Part shown: piece after piece, positions 37,692-47,079 of the stretch
Position numbering within the stretch: the first letter of the stretch is position 1
Layout of the letters: each line of letters opens with the position of its first letter
Assembly: GCA_040754315.1 (NCBI GenBank)
Contig: JBFMCS010000013.1
Coordinates: forward strand, 5,638 to 69,637
Direction of reading: 5' to 3'
DNA from: Bacillota bacterium
GTDB lineage: Bacteria; Bacillota; Sulfobacillia; DUSP01; JBFMCS01
DNA: 64,000 bases
Notes under the pieces: model-generated
Told to the model about the DNA's origin: nothing
Databases searched by the model: none
The model's input: only the letters and a program-made list of their open reading frames with translations
Made by a program: the position numbers and the translations under genes

Positions 37692-38714
37692 TTAGCCAAG
37701 ACCTGTGTAGAGCTGGAAATCGCCTAAACAGGGATTCCCCTCCGTTACCCACACATGGAAGCAGCGGACGTCAAAGACTAGCGAGAAGATAGTGGCCCTC
37801 ACTGTTATTCCCTCTCCCTGCGGATGCCTGCAGATGGAGTAGGGGTATTCCCCGTGGTCCCGCAGGACCTCCGTAATGGCCTTTACTGGGTTCTCATTCA
37901 TTTCAAGAGTCTCCCTGAGCTCTCTGCACCGGGAATACCTCGAAAGCGATGACCTGGAGGGACCCCGCTCCAAGGGGGCCATTGCCGGTGAGACATAGTG
38001 GTTAGTGTGGAAGGTACTCCGGTCCTCCGGGGCAAAGTGGTGTTGACAAGCGGACGTCTCGAGGTTGCCCAGCCTGCCCTCGGCTGAGACCAACAGGTGG
38101 TTATAGCCGCCCGCCCTCCGAGGCGGTAGCGCTCTGGCTATTGCCTCGTCTATGTTCTCGGCCTCCAGCACCGCCCGGGAAGAGAACATAATTGGAACGC
38201 CCGGTCGTCTATCCCGGCAGGACACACTATTAATTCCCTGGGCAACGCCGCATTCGTTCATCCCAACGGCCGGGAGGAAGGGGGCCGCTGTCACGCTGAC
38301 GAACTCCGGCTTGCCCTTGGGCCGCCCGTGGATGAGGATGGCATGATGAGAATCCTCCCGGTACCAGTCCTCGTTGTGACCTAAGTAGGCCTCGCCTTCT
38401 CGGAGAAAGCCAAGGCTGGTGCAGGCACTGGGCGCCGGTACGGTAAGGGCCTCCTCCAAGGAATTCAGGAGGAATAGAGTCTCGAAATCCTGCCCCGACC
38501 CGCGAGCCATCCCCATAATCTCCTCAACGTAGCCAGGGAAGTCCTCTCCGGCGGCCTCAAGATAGCTCGCTGGAATGACCCATCCCTCTGGTAGCCCCTC
38601 CTCCACCAGCACCAGGCGATAGTAGTCCACCGCCCTGGATATCTTCTCCCGGGCCGCCCGGCCGATAGCAAGACCCATGTCGAAGTGATTGCCTTTAGCG
38701 ACTACCAGATCCAC
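37692..38714 (-). CDS. C45 family autoproteolytic acyltransferase/hydrolase (Ntn)
   Basis: A-CTS nucleophile site, LGHNEDW, GMNECGVA, HTNHY, SICRHP. Confidence 0.88.
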   Translation of the reverse strand: MDLVVAKGNHFDMGLAIGRAAREKISRAVDYYRLVLVEEGLPEGWVIPASYLEAAGEDFPGYVEEIMGMARGSGQDFETLFLLNSLEEALTVPAPSACTSLGFLREGEAYLGHNEDWYREDSHHAILIHGRPKGKPEFVSVTAAPFLPAVGMNECGVAQGINSVSCRDRRPGVPIMFSSRAVLEAENIDEAIARALPPRRAGGYNHLLVSAEGRLGNLETSACQHHFAPEDRSTFHTNHYVSPAMAPLERGPSRSSLSRYSRCRELRETLEMNENPVKAITEVLRDHGEYPYSICRHPQGEGITVRATIFSLVFDVRCFHVWVTEGNPCLGDFQLYTGLG

Positions 38715-38966
38715 CGCACTAGCCTCCTTGAGGCCTCCCTGATGCCGTCAGGCAGCCAATTTGCTAGAGCCCGCAAAACAGGCAGCCGTTCCAGAGACAC
38801 TCCCAAGAGGGTTCATGGTCCGGAGGGTCGCGCATTCGGCTCATACAGCCCGCTTGGGTCCTCGCTCAGTGAAGGCCCCTTCAGGCTTTCTCCGGTTGGC
38901 AGGCGTTTCCCTCCCCCATGCCGGCGTTTGCTGGACACCACCAAGTGGCGCAGCCCGGCGTGGACC

Positions 38967-39058
38967 CGACGGACACCCTTGCCTTCGGCTAGAGGGTGTG
39001 CGGAGTCACCCTCCTCACGGGACTTTCACCCGCTAGTACTCGCCCATGCCGGGCGCAA
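38967..39058 (-). mobile_element. Group IIC intron 5' fragment (start of domain I); no RT ORF or domain V
   Basis: Minus strand TTGCGCCCGGCATGGGCG...GGGTGAAAGTCCC...TAGCC..GGCAAGGGTGTCCGT matches class C intron 5' ends; it starts 5 nt after a terminator stem. Confidence 0.8.
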
Positions 39059-39084
39059 GAACAGAGCGGCATCAGGTGCCGCTC
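39059..39084 (-). terminator. Intrinsic terminator of xerD
   Basis: GAGCGGCA-cctga-TGCCGCTC perfect 8-bp stem followed by tgttc. Confidence 0.75.
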
Positions 39085-39115
39085 GGGTCTAACGCCCAAG
39101 TGATGATTATTACGA

Positions 39116-40012
39116 TTACGCCCGGGGGTGAGTCCTGGCGTAGACCTCTTTCAGTCTTCCCTTGGTGACATGGGTATACACCTGGGTCGTAGAGATATCT
39201 GCGTGCCCCAGCATCTCCTGGACCGACCTCAGGTCGGCGCCGTTCTCAAGGAGGTGGGTGGCGAAGGAATGCCGGAGGGTGTGAGGGGTAATGTGCTTCT
39301 TGATCTTCGCGACATCCGCATACTTCTTGACTATCTTCCAGAAGCCCTGGCGGGTGAGCCGGCGCCCGTGATGGTTCACGAAGAGCGCGGGCTGGTCGGG
39401 CTGCTTCAGGAGCCTGGGCCTGCCGCGTTCGAGATACTCGCGGGCATTCCTCTGGGCTATGGATCCCAAGGGGACTATGCGCTCGCGAGCGCCCTTTCCT
39501 GTACAACGCACAAAACTCATGTCAAGGTTGACGTCCCCAAGGTCAAGGGAGATGAGCTCGGAAACCCTGATCCCCGTAGCGTAGAGGAGCTCCAGCATGG
39601 CCTTGTCCCTCAAGCCGGCGGGGGTGGCGGAGTTCGGCTGTTTCAGGAGGGTCTCCACCTCCTTCACCGTAAGTACCTTGGGCAGTCTCTTCTCCAGCTT
39701 GGGTGATTCCAGGTTGGAAGTGGGGTCGGCCTTAACATACTCCTGCTCCAGGAGAAACTGGTAGAAGGACTTCAGCGCAGCCAGGCGCCGGGCGATGGTG
39801 GCCGCGGCCTTCCCCTGCTTCTTGAGGTGAAGCAAGTATGATATGATTGTAGCCCGCTCGGCATCCTTAAGTGACCCGCCTCCGTCGTTCTCCAGGAAGG
39901 AGGAGTACTGGCGCAGGTCGCGGGAGTAGGATTCCAGTGTATTATCGGCCAAGCCCTTCTCTTTGCCCAGGTAATCAATGAATTCCAGTATGAGGTTCTG
40001 CACTCCGGGCAT
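39116..40012 (-). CDS. xerD: Tyrosine recombinase XerD (RipX)
   Basis: LRDKAMLELLYATGIRVSEL, GKGARERIVP, TPHTLRHSFATHLLENGADLRSVQEMLGHADISTTQVY. Confidence 0.97.
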   Translation of the reverse strand: MPGVQNLILEFIDYLGKEKGLADNTLESYSRDLRQYSSFLENDGGGSLKDAERATIISYLLHLKKQGKAAATIARRLAALKSFYQFLLEQEYVKADPTSNLESPKLEKRLPKVLTVKEVETLLKQPNSATPAGLRDKAMLELLYATGIRVSELISLDLGDVNLDMSFVRCTGKGARERIVPLGSIAQRNAREYLERGRPRLLKQPDQPALFVNHHGRRLTRQGFWKIVKKYADVAKIKKHITPHTLRHSFATHLLENGADLRSVQEMLGHADISTTQVYTHVTKGRLKEVYARTHPRA

Positions 40013-40096
40013 CTCCTTTACGGAAAAAGAATGAGAACGAGGGGAATGATCCTCCCAAAACCCCTACTACCAGTATTGTCCAACGTATTCTCGCCT

Positions 40097-40121
40097 ATTC
40101 AACATAATAACGGAAAATCCT
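40097..40121 (-). promoter_or_regulatory. sigmaH-like promoter upstream of xerD
   Basis: Minus strand aAGGAttttccgttattatgttGAAT = AGGA-N17-GAAT. Confidence 0.55.
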
Positions 40122-40228
40122 TCCCGAATTGCTAATGTCCACCACATGGGGGCTATTTGCTCAAGGCCGCGCCAGTAGTATGCCTATGTGGACAAAAGGC
40201 GATTTAGAACCCAGGGGCAGCAGCTCAC

Positions 40229-40867
40229 TCAGGACAGCAGCCGGGAAACCCAGGTCATCAGGGGGGGCACCAGGTAGGCCTCTATTACGCACGAGACCAC
40301 CAGGGCCACGCAGCAGGCCAGGGCGATCATGCTGTAACGGGTGAACTCCTTAGCCAGCGGGATCCTGCTGGAGCGACGTCTCACCAGGTACAGGGAGAAG
40401 GAGACTGAGGAAATGGCTAGCACCAGCAGGGCGGGCACTGCCAGCAGGTTCTGGGGGAACACAGAGGCCAAGGAGAGCACAACACCCTTCCACCCCATCT
40501 CGAAGGCCAGGAAACCCACGGTGAACCCCAACAGGAACCCGCGAACCAAGGTGATGAGGCAAACCACGGGAATGCCCACCACTGTGAGGCCTAGGAGCCA
40601 CAGGGCACCCGCAGTCTTGAGGCTTCCCGCCAGGGACTTGGACAGGATGCCGGAGGGGTTGAGCTTCCAGGGTTCGTGGGCCATGCCGTAGACGAAGTTG
40701 TCAACCAGGGCGTAGAGCTCCTGACGCTGTCCCGCCTCAAGGTGATTCACAGCCAGGGCGCCAGCCACCACCCCCATGACTAGGAGGGTAACAATCCCCA
40801 AGGTGAGGATTACCCCCTCCCCCAACTGTATATCCCACTGCTCCTCCCTGGATAGCCCCCACGCCAT
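40229..40867 (-). CDS. spoIIM: Stage II sporulation protein M
   Basis: Multi-TM protein with RGFLLGFTVGFL, SVFPQNLLAVPA, IEAYLVP; ATG at 40867. Confidence 0.92.
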   Translation of the reverse strand: MAWGLSREEQWDIQLGEGVILTLGIVTLLVMGVVAGALAVNHLEAGQRQELYALVDNFVYGMAHEPWKLNPSGILSKSLAGSLKTAGALWLLGLTVVGIPVVCLITLVRGFLLGFTVGFLAFEMGWKGVVLSLASVFPQNLLAVPALLVLAISSVSFSLYLVRRRSSRIPLAKEFTRYSMIALACCVALVVSCVIEAYLVPPLMTWVSRLLS

Positions 40868-40900
40868 AGTCCAGCCAACCCCCCCTCGGACCTCTGGTAG

Positions 40901-40929
40901 ATGGTATGGCACGGGAAGGACCGTTATGA
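40901..40929 (-). promoter_or_regulatory. sigmaE promoter of spoIIM
   Basis: Minus strand TCATAAC-N14-CATACCAT. Confidence 0.7.
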
Positions 40930-40997
40930 CCGTACTCCCAGGGAAAGGAGGCAATCTGGCACAGGCGAAACGGCGGGTAGGTTACGGAAGCCCGGGG

Positions 40998-42140
40998 TTA
41001 TCGCACCTGGCCGTAGACCCCCCCGCCCCCCGGCGTCACCTCGCGCTGGCCCCTGAGGGCGCTCCACAGTCCCGAGGCCAGGGGTTCACCCAGGGCCTGG
41101 AGGATTTCCTGCCTGGTGGCTTTGTGCACGATTGCCATCTCACTGCCGAAGAGATTGACGAGGCGTTCTAGGGTTCTGGGACCCACGCCGGGCACCATGT
41201 AAGGGGGTATGAGGTGATGGTAGGGGGGCCGGGATCCCGCGGCTCCCTGGGGCTTGCCTGCTATTGCCGTGACCCTGTCGAGCACCCCTTGAACCAGTGC
41301 GTGCCGCCCGCACCGGGGACAGGCAAGCACCGGCGGGGGTTCCAGGAAAGTGGTATCGCAGCCATGGCAGTGCGAGCGGTGATACTTCCCCAGGCGCGGG
41401 TCAAGACCGAAGTTGGCTATGACAGCGCGCCCACCCTCCTGCCTCAGGGCCTTTGCCAGCTCGCAGAAGCTCGCTGTTCGGACTTCTAACAGGTTGTGTT
41501 CCCTCCCAAGGGCCCTCAGGGAGTGGGCATCGGAATTGGAGAGGAATGTCACACCCTGGAGCTCTTCAATGCCCCCTACCATCTGGGTGTCGGCGCTGAG
41601 GCCTAGTTCCAGGCCAGTAATGAACCTGAGCCGGTCCCCCAGGCGGCCCTCAGCCGCGTAGTAACCCCTGAAGGGGGTAAAGGCGTGGGCCTGGACTATG
41701 ACTCCCAGGGGCGATGCCTCCCGGAGGAACGCGTCGCCATCCCCCACCCGCTGGACGCCTAGGGACGGGTTCCGGGCATGAGAGGCATACCACCGGCCAA
41801 GGCCCTTGAGGCTCTCCAGGTCAGGAACGTAGACGAGGGCGTGGACAGGGTGCGCATGGAAGAGGACCTCTACCTCAGCCCCAGGGATCAGCGTAACCGC
41901 ATCACGGAAGCGAAAGCCTCCCTCCTGCAGCCCCTGGAGCTCCCCTCCGTCAATGAGAGCCTCCATTTCAAGAAGGGGCCCCGGGCAGGCCATATCCACG
42001 ATTCCCACCATCTCCAGGCCCTTTGGACTGTGGCAGGACTCGAGGACCCTCCTTAGTGTGAGGTCCCCAGAAGCGGTGACCTTTACCGGGCCGCTGCCGG
42101 CTCGTCCTAGGTGGACATGGAGGTCAGCCAGGCACCTCAT
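40998..42140 (-). CDS. PHP-domain endonuclease Q family protein (YqxK/TIGR00375-like)
   Basis: ADLHVHLG, QAHAFTP, ELGLSADT, SNSDAHS, DPRLGKYHRSHC..C, C..CG, GVLDRV. Confidence 0.88.
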   Translation of the reverse strand: MRCLADLHVHLGRAGSGPVKVTASGDLTLRRVLESCHSPKGLEMVGIVDMACPGPLLEMEALIDGGELQGLQEGGFRFRDAVTLIPGAEVEVLFHAHPVHALVYVPDLESLKGLGRWYASHARNPSLGVQRVGDGDAFLREASPLGVIVQAHAFTPFRGYYAAEGRLGDRLRFITGLELGLSADTQMVGGIEELQGVTFLSNSDAHSLRALGREHNLLEVRTASFCELAKALRQEGGRAVIANFGLDPRLGKYHRSHCHGCDTTFLEPPPVLACPRCGRHALVQGVLDRVTAIAGKPQGAAGSRPPYHHLIPPYMVPGVGPRTLERLVNLFGSEMAIVHKATRQEILQALGEPLASGLWSALRGQREVTPGGGGVYGQVR

Positions 42141-42667
42141 GGCAGCCTTGCCCAGAGGAGGATGCCCGTCACGGTCTTGGCATCCCGGATCTCGCCGCAG
42201 GCTACCATCTCCAGGGCTCTCTCGGGGCTGAGGAGGTGCACCACCACCTCCTCATCGGAGCCAGGGCTGGCGCATCCCCTAGCTAGGTCCTGGGCGAAGT
42301 AGAGGTGAATGACCTCGTTGGAGAAGCCCGGGCTGGTGTAGAAGGACAACACCTTCCTGATGGTCCCCGCCTTGTAGCCCGTCTCCTCCTCCAGTTCCCT
42401 CCTGGCTGTGCACTCCGGGTCTTCCCCGGGGTCGATCTTCCCCGCGGGGATCTCTAGGAGTTCCTCTCCCACAGCGTAGCGGTATTGCCCTACAAGTACT
42501 AGGCACCCCCCGGGTTCCTGGGCAACCACCGCCACAGCCCCCGGGTGATCCACCACCTCCCGGGTGGCGGTCAGGCCGGATGGCGTGGTCACTGTGTCCA
42601 CGCGCAACGCCAGCATGCGCCCGCGGAACACCTCATGGCCCTCCAGGAGCCTCTCCACAGTGCTCAA
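42137..42667 (-). CDS. nudF: NUDIX hydrolase (ADP-ribose pyrophosphatase NudF-like)
   Basis: REVVDHPGAVAV, Nudix box EIPAGKIDPGEDPECTARRELEEETG, FYTSPGFSNE. Confidence 0.9.
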   Translation of the reverse strand: MSTVERLLEGHEVFRGRMLALRVDTVTTPSGLTATREVVDHPGAVAVVAQEPGGCLVLVGQYRYAVGEELLEIPAGKIDPGEDPECTARRELEEETGYKAGTIRKVLSFYTSPGFSNEVIHLYFAQDLARGCASPGSDEEVVVHLLSPERALEMVACGEIRDAKTVTGILLWARLP

Positions 42668-42673
42668 GATGGG

Positions 42674-43744
42674 TCACTCCTTCCTTGCCAGCCGCGCAGC
42701 GAGCCTACCGGCGGCTCCCGCCGCGAGGAACAAAAGGGGTTCTGCACTGGGGTCCCTGCCCATGGAGGTGCTCGGCACCCCAAGTTCCTCAAGGAGCCTC
42801 ACGGCGGCCTGGCCGTCATCCAGTATGATCCTGTGCTTGGACGTGATCCCCCCCCGCCAGAGTGCCGCGGGAATTGGGGTGCCCCTGGCCTCCAGGGGCA
42901 GCGCCACAATGCAATGTCCCAGGAACACCCTGCCAAGGACTGTCAGTGTGTGATGGCTGAGTCCCTGGTGCCGGGGCCTGGGATCGGAAAAACCCACCCT
43001 GGGCACGGCGATGGGCCTCCCCCCCAGGGCAACGGCAGCGTTCAGTGCCTCGCCCTGCTGCAGGGCAGTGGTGCCCAGGGGCGTGCCCGTTCCCACCACG
43101 CCGGGACCTATGGAGACTATAGCCACATCCACCCGTGCTGCCATCTTCGCTGCCAGGAGCGCACTGTGAAGATTGACGGCCTCCATCTGGCCGCCGAAGG
43201 CGTGGCCTGCCGTGATGGTGACGTCCAGGAGACCTGCATGCCTCAGGGCCCGTACGTTGTCGCTGAAGGCCATGGGCAGCGCGCCACCGTCGGTCATGAT
43301 GTAGGCCACCCGCAGGTGCGGGCTTCTGGCCTTTATGCCGGCCGCAGCAGGGCCTACCTGACTGTGGAGGCTGGCGGCCACAACGGGCATACCCCCGAGG
43401 TCATCCTCATCAAGCAGAAAGCCGTGGAAAGGGCTTTCTGGGCTCTCCACGGCAAGGCACGCTACCTGGAGGGGAGTGTACCTCATCTTCATAACGTGTC
43501 CAGGGATCCGGGCCTCGGGGGTCCTGCCCTGGATCCAGTGGACGAAGTGGTAGCCCCCAGTGCCCAGGCCAAGCCTGGCAGCGGTTGTGTTCAGGACTAC
43601 CGTGTCCCCTGGGAGGGCCCGGCCGGTGAGCACCGGGTAGTTGAGGGCCCTCTCGCTCTTGCCGTCCACCTGTACCTCTAGTTCCTCGATGTCATCCTGT
43701 TCACGGAGTACCCGGGCCACCCTTCCGGGTCGCCACATGATCAC
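42674..43744 (-). CDS. DUF3866 family protein
   Basis: VVLNTTA..LGLGTGGYHFV, GHVMKMRYTPLQ, SLHSQ, TDGGALP, GPGVVGTGTPLG. Confidence 0.85.
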   Translation of the reverse strand: MIMWRPGRVARVLREQDDIEELEVQVDGKSERALNYPVLTGRALPGDTVVLNTTAARLGLGTGGYHFVHWIQGRTPEARIPGHVMKMRYTPLQVACLAVESPESPFHGFLLDEDDLGGMPVVAASLHSQVGPAAAGIKARSPHLRVAYIMTDGGALPMAFSDNVRALRHAGLLDVTITAGHAFGGQMEAVNLHSALLAAKMAARVDVAIVSIGPGVVGTGTPLGTTALQQGEALNAAVALGGRPIAVPRVGFSDPRPRHQGLSHHTLTVLGRVFLGHCIVALPLEARGTPIPAALWRGGITSKHRIILDDGQAAVRLLEELGVPSTSMGRDPSAEPLLFLAAGAAGRLAARLARKE

Positions 43745-44451
43745 TGGGAACTTTCCCCTCCTAGCGCCCCTGCCACCCGCCGGCCCTTTAACACCAGCTT
43801 GGATATCCTCCGGTTCACCGCGTCCAGCACTGACTTCACCACAGCCTCGGATGCGTCGGCGCGTACCGGTACGGCACCAACCAGGACTTCTTCGTGCCCC
43901 CGCTGGGAGACAAGAACCACAACTGAGAGGGCCACATGGCGGCTCCCGGTGTTCAGCACCTCCACGCTCTCCAGGGTGATACCATTCCCCGGGTCCACCG
44001 CTCGGTTCAAGGCATCAATGGTTGCCTCTCCGAACACACGGTGGACGAAGTTCTTGGCGCACGGTCCCTCGCACTCGCCGCGGCACACAACCCCCTCCTG
44101 GTCCGTGCGCCCCAGAGTGACGCTGGCCTTAATCCTCCCGCTCACAGTATCCGCCGACATCTCAACATTAATGAGCTTCAGTCTAAAAGGGGCAAGGTGT
44201 CCACCAGTGCCCGCGATCTGGGCGACGCTGATCTTCTTATGGTCCACGTAGAGGCCCCACTTGGCCGCCATGGAACTCTCAACGTCCCTGACGACCTGTT
44301 TTGGGCTCCTCGCATCGCTGGCCAGGATGTGTACTTCCTCCACCGCTCCCCAGTCATTCACCACGATCCTGGCGCTTATGACACCGGGCAATTGGACCAG
44401 GAGGTTCTCTATCTCATCTACGGTTACGACACTCTTGGTCCCTTCCTGCAT
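43741..44451 (-). CDS. Conserved hypothetical protein
   Basis: Globular-looking 236-aa ORF (VEEVHILAS...KQVVRDVES...DHKKISVAQ) with RBS AGGAGGAAGAGG; translationally coupled to DUF3866. Confidence 0.75.
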   Translation of the reverse strand: MQEGTKSVVTVDEIENLLVQLPGVISARIVVNDWGAVEEVHILASDARSPKQVVRDVESSMAAKWGLYVDHKKISVAQIAGTGGHLAPFRLKLINVEMSADTVSGRIKASVTLGRTDQEGVVCRGECEGPCAKNFVHRVFGEATIDALNRAVDPGNGITLESVEVLNTGSRHVALSVVVLVSQRGHEEVLVGAVPVRADASEAVVKSVLDAVNRRISKLVLKGRRVAGALGGESSQ

Positions 44452-44468
44452 GGACCCTCTCCTCCTCC

Positions 44469-45017
44469 TTAGGTGAGACTGGGCTCAGCCTGCTCGGCAA
44501 CCATGACCAGTGCCTTTTCGTTCATGGGTATCATCCTATGGTGTCGCTCCGGAAGAGCCATCCTAAGCGATTGCAGTACAGAGGCTGTCTTCACCGGGGA
44601 ATCGGCCCTAATGTAAGCCCCCAGCGCCACCATGTTGGCGACCTTCCCTGAACCCAGGCCCTCCGCTATTTCGTTGCAGGGAACCCGTATGATCCTGATA
44701 TCGCTTCTCTCGGGCGCCAGGTCTACCAGGGACGTGTTTAGCACCAGGAGGCCCCCCGGCCTCACCCACGACTCGAACTTCTCAAGGGAGGGGTTGTTCA
44801 TCACTATGACTGCAGTGGGCTCTGTCACCAGTGGGCTTGTAACGGGCTCGCCGGAGATTACCACCATGCAGTAGGCCGTGCCTCCCCTCATCTCAGGCCC
44901 GTAAGAGGGCAACCATGATACGTTCTTTTCCTCCAGCATCCCCGCATAGGCCAGGAGGGTGCCCATGGCCATGATACCCTGGCCGCCAAAGCCCGCTATG
45001 AGTACCTCGTGCGTCAT
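44469..45017 (-). CDS. 2-oxoacid:ferredoxin oxidoreductase gamma subunit
   Basis: IAGFGGQG, WLPSYGPEMRGGTA, KVANMVALGA. Confidence 0.93.
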   Translation of the reverse strand: MTHEVLIAGFGGQGIMAMGTLLAYAGMLEEKNVSWLPSYGPEMRGGTAYCMVVISGEPVTSPLVTEPTAVIVMNNPSLEKFESWVRPGGLLVLNTSLVDLAPERSDIRIIRVPCNEIAEGLGSGKVANMVALGAYIRADSPVKTASVLQSLRMALPERHHRMIPMNEKALVMVAEQAEPSLT

Positions 45018-45763
45018 GAGCCAGCATCCTTCCAAGACTTGTAAACCCCCAAGGGGTAGGCGGGGAGCATGTTCTCCTTGAGCCACACCAGGGCCTCCTG
45101 CGGGTTCATGCCCCAGTTGGTGGAGCAGGTGGCGACCACCTCCACCATAGAAAAGCCCCGCTCCTCCACCTGGGCGCTGAAGGCCTTGCGGATGGCCTTG
45201 CCGGCGGCTCTTACGTGGGCTGGGGTGTCGCAGGCAACCCTCTCTATGTAGCACGCGCCATCCAGCTGGGAGAGCATTTCGGACACCCTTATAGGGTATC
45301 CTGACACCTTAGCCTCTCGTCCCTTCTGGCAGGTGGTGCTCCTCTGGCCCACCAGGGTGGTGGGAGCCATCTGCCCCCCTGTCATGCCATAGATGGCGTT
45401 GTTGACGAATATCACGGTGATGTTCTCGCCCCTCATGGCCGCGTGCACTATCTCCGCCGTGCCTATGGCAGCCAGATCCCCGTCGCCCTGGTAGGTGAAG
45501 ACCGTGTGCTCCGGCAGGACCCGCTTCACCCCTGTGGCGACCGCTGGCGCCCTGCCGTGGGCAGCCTGTATGAAGTCGAAATCCAGGTAGTTGTAGGCAA
45601 ACACCGCGCAGCCCACCGGCGCTATGCCGATGGTCGTATCCTCCAGGCCCATATCCTCAACGGCCTCTGCGATGAGCCTGTGCACTATCCCGTGGGTACA
45701 CCCTGGGCAGTAGTGCATGAGCGTGTCCTTGATGGAGCGGGGCCTTGAGAACACCTTATCCAT
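45014..45763 (-). CDS. 2-oxoacid:ferredoxin oxidoreductase beta (TPP-binding) subunit
   Basis: HYCPGCTHG, AAHGRAPAVATG, YQGDGDLAAIG...NNAIYGMTGGQ. Confidence 0.95.
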   Translation of the reverse strand: MDKVFSRPRSIKDTLMHYCPGCTHGIVHRLIAEAVEDMGLEDTTIGIAPVGCAVFAYNYLDFDFIQAAHGRAPAVATGVKRVLPEHTVFTYQGDGDLAAIGTAEIVHAAMRGENITVIFVNNAIYGMTGGQMAPTTLVGQRSTTCQKGREAKVSGYPIRVSEMLSQLDGACYIERVACDTPAHVRAAGKAIRKAFSAQVEERGFSMVEVVATCSTNWGMNPQEALVWLKENMLPAYPLGVYKSWKDAGS

Positions 45764-46832
45764 CCAGCCCGCCCCCTTCCAGCGACCTGGCGACCTTCCT
45801 GATCTCCTCCAGGATCTCGCCGGGCTTCGGGACCACGCCGCCGGCCCTCCCGAAGAAGTGAACAGGGGCCTTCCCACATACGGCCAGCCGGACATCATCT
45901 ACCATCTGGCCCATGCTCATCTCCACCGCCAGGAACGCCCGGGCACATGGGAGACCCTCCAGGATCTTATCAGGGAAGGGCCACAGTGTGATGGGCCTCA
46001 CCAGACCGCAGGGGATCCCTTCCTCCCGGGCCCTCCCCACGGCTGCCTGGCATATGCGGGCCATCGTACCGTAGGCCACCACATAGATCTCCGCGTCGCG
46101 GGGGCCCCAGACCTCCGAGCGTGTCTCCCTGTTCTTCATATCGTCGTATTTAGCCTGTAGCTTGAGATTATGCTGGTACAGTTCGTCGGGCTGGAGATTG
46201 ATGGATGTGACGACCCTCTGCGGGCCGCCCTTGCGGCCCGTGGTCGCCCAGGGCTTCTCAGGGAAGGGCCCCTGGACCATCTCAGGGAACTGCACCGGCT
46301 CCATCATCTGGCCCAGCATACCATCGCCCAGGATAATCACGGGGTTACGGTACTCGTCCGCCTTCTGGAAGCTAAGGCCCGTGAGGTCCACCATCTCCTG
46401 GACCGAGGCAGGCGCATACACCAGGCAGCGGTAGTCCCCGTGACCACCACCCCTTGTAGCCTGGTAGTAGTCGGACTGGGCCGGCTGGATCCCTCCGAGC
46501 CCGGGGCCTGCCCTCATCATGTTGACGATTACGCAGGGCAGCTCCGCCCCCACCATGTAGGAAATGCCCTCCTGCTTTAGGCTCACACCGGGGCTTGAGG
46601 ATGAGGTCATCACCCTCCCTCCTGCGGCGGAGGCGCCAAACACCATGTTAATGGCGGCCACTTCGCTTTCCGCTTGAACAAACACCCCTCCGACCTCGGG
46701 CAGCCTCTTGGACATGTACTCAGGTAGCTCGTTCTGGGGTGTGATGGGATAGCCAAAGAAGTAGCGGCATCCCGCCCTGATGGCAGCCTCGGCGATGGCC
46801 TCGTTTCCGACGGCCAGGGTAACATCGGCCAC
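45756..46832 (-). CDS. 2-oxoacid:ferredoxin oxidoreductase alpha subunit (VorB-like)
   Basis: GNEAIAEAAIRAGC, GYPITPQ, QAESEVAA, TSSSSPG.SLKQE; GTG at 46832. Confidence 0.95.
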   Translation of the reverse strand: MADVTLAVGNEAIAEAAIRAGCRYFFGYPITPQNELPEYMSKRLPEVGGVFVQAESEVAAINMVFGASAAGGRVMTSSSSPGVSLKQEGISYMVGAELPCVIVNMMRAGPGLGGIQPAQSDYYQATRGGGHGDYRCLVYAPASVQEMVDLTGLSFQKADEYRNPVIILGDGMLGQMMEPVQFPEMVQGPFPEKPWATTGRKGGPQRVVTSINLQPDELYQHNLKLQAKYDDMKNRETRSEVWGPRDAEIYVVAYGTMARICQAAVGRAREEGIPCGLVRPITLWPFPDKILEGLPCARAFLAVEMSMGQMVDDVRLAVCGKAPVHFFGRAGGVVPKPGEILEEIRKVARSLEGGGLDG

Positions 46833-46848
46833 GACATTCCCCCCTCTT

Positions 46849-47079
46849 TCAGGAACGGCCCGGTTTGTAGACCTCGATGGCCACGTCCGGGCACATCCGG
46901 GCACACAGCGCGCACGACGTGCACTTGTCCTGTTCAGATACGGTGGCCGGGTGATAGCCTTGCCTGTTGAGGCGATCCGAGAGATAGATGATCTTCCTGG
47001 GACATACATCAACGCACAGGCCGCATGCCTTGCAGCGCTCTTCATCAAATACAACCTGCCTGTCACTCAAAAGCGCCAA
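46849..47079 (-). CDS. 2x[4Fe-4S] ferredoxin-type delta subunit
   Basis: CKACGLCVDVCP and CTSCALCARMCP. Confidence 0.93.
   Translation of the reverse strand: MALLSDRQVVFDEERCKACGLCVDVCPRKIIYLSDRLNRQGYHPATVSEQDKCTSCALCARMCPDVAIEVYKPGRS

Noticed and set aside
38832-38842. GAGCCGAATGCG as group II intron domain V
   Set aside because: No complementary 3' arm, and it is not the IIC-type DV sequence.
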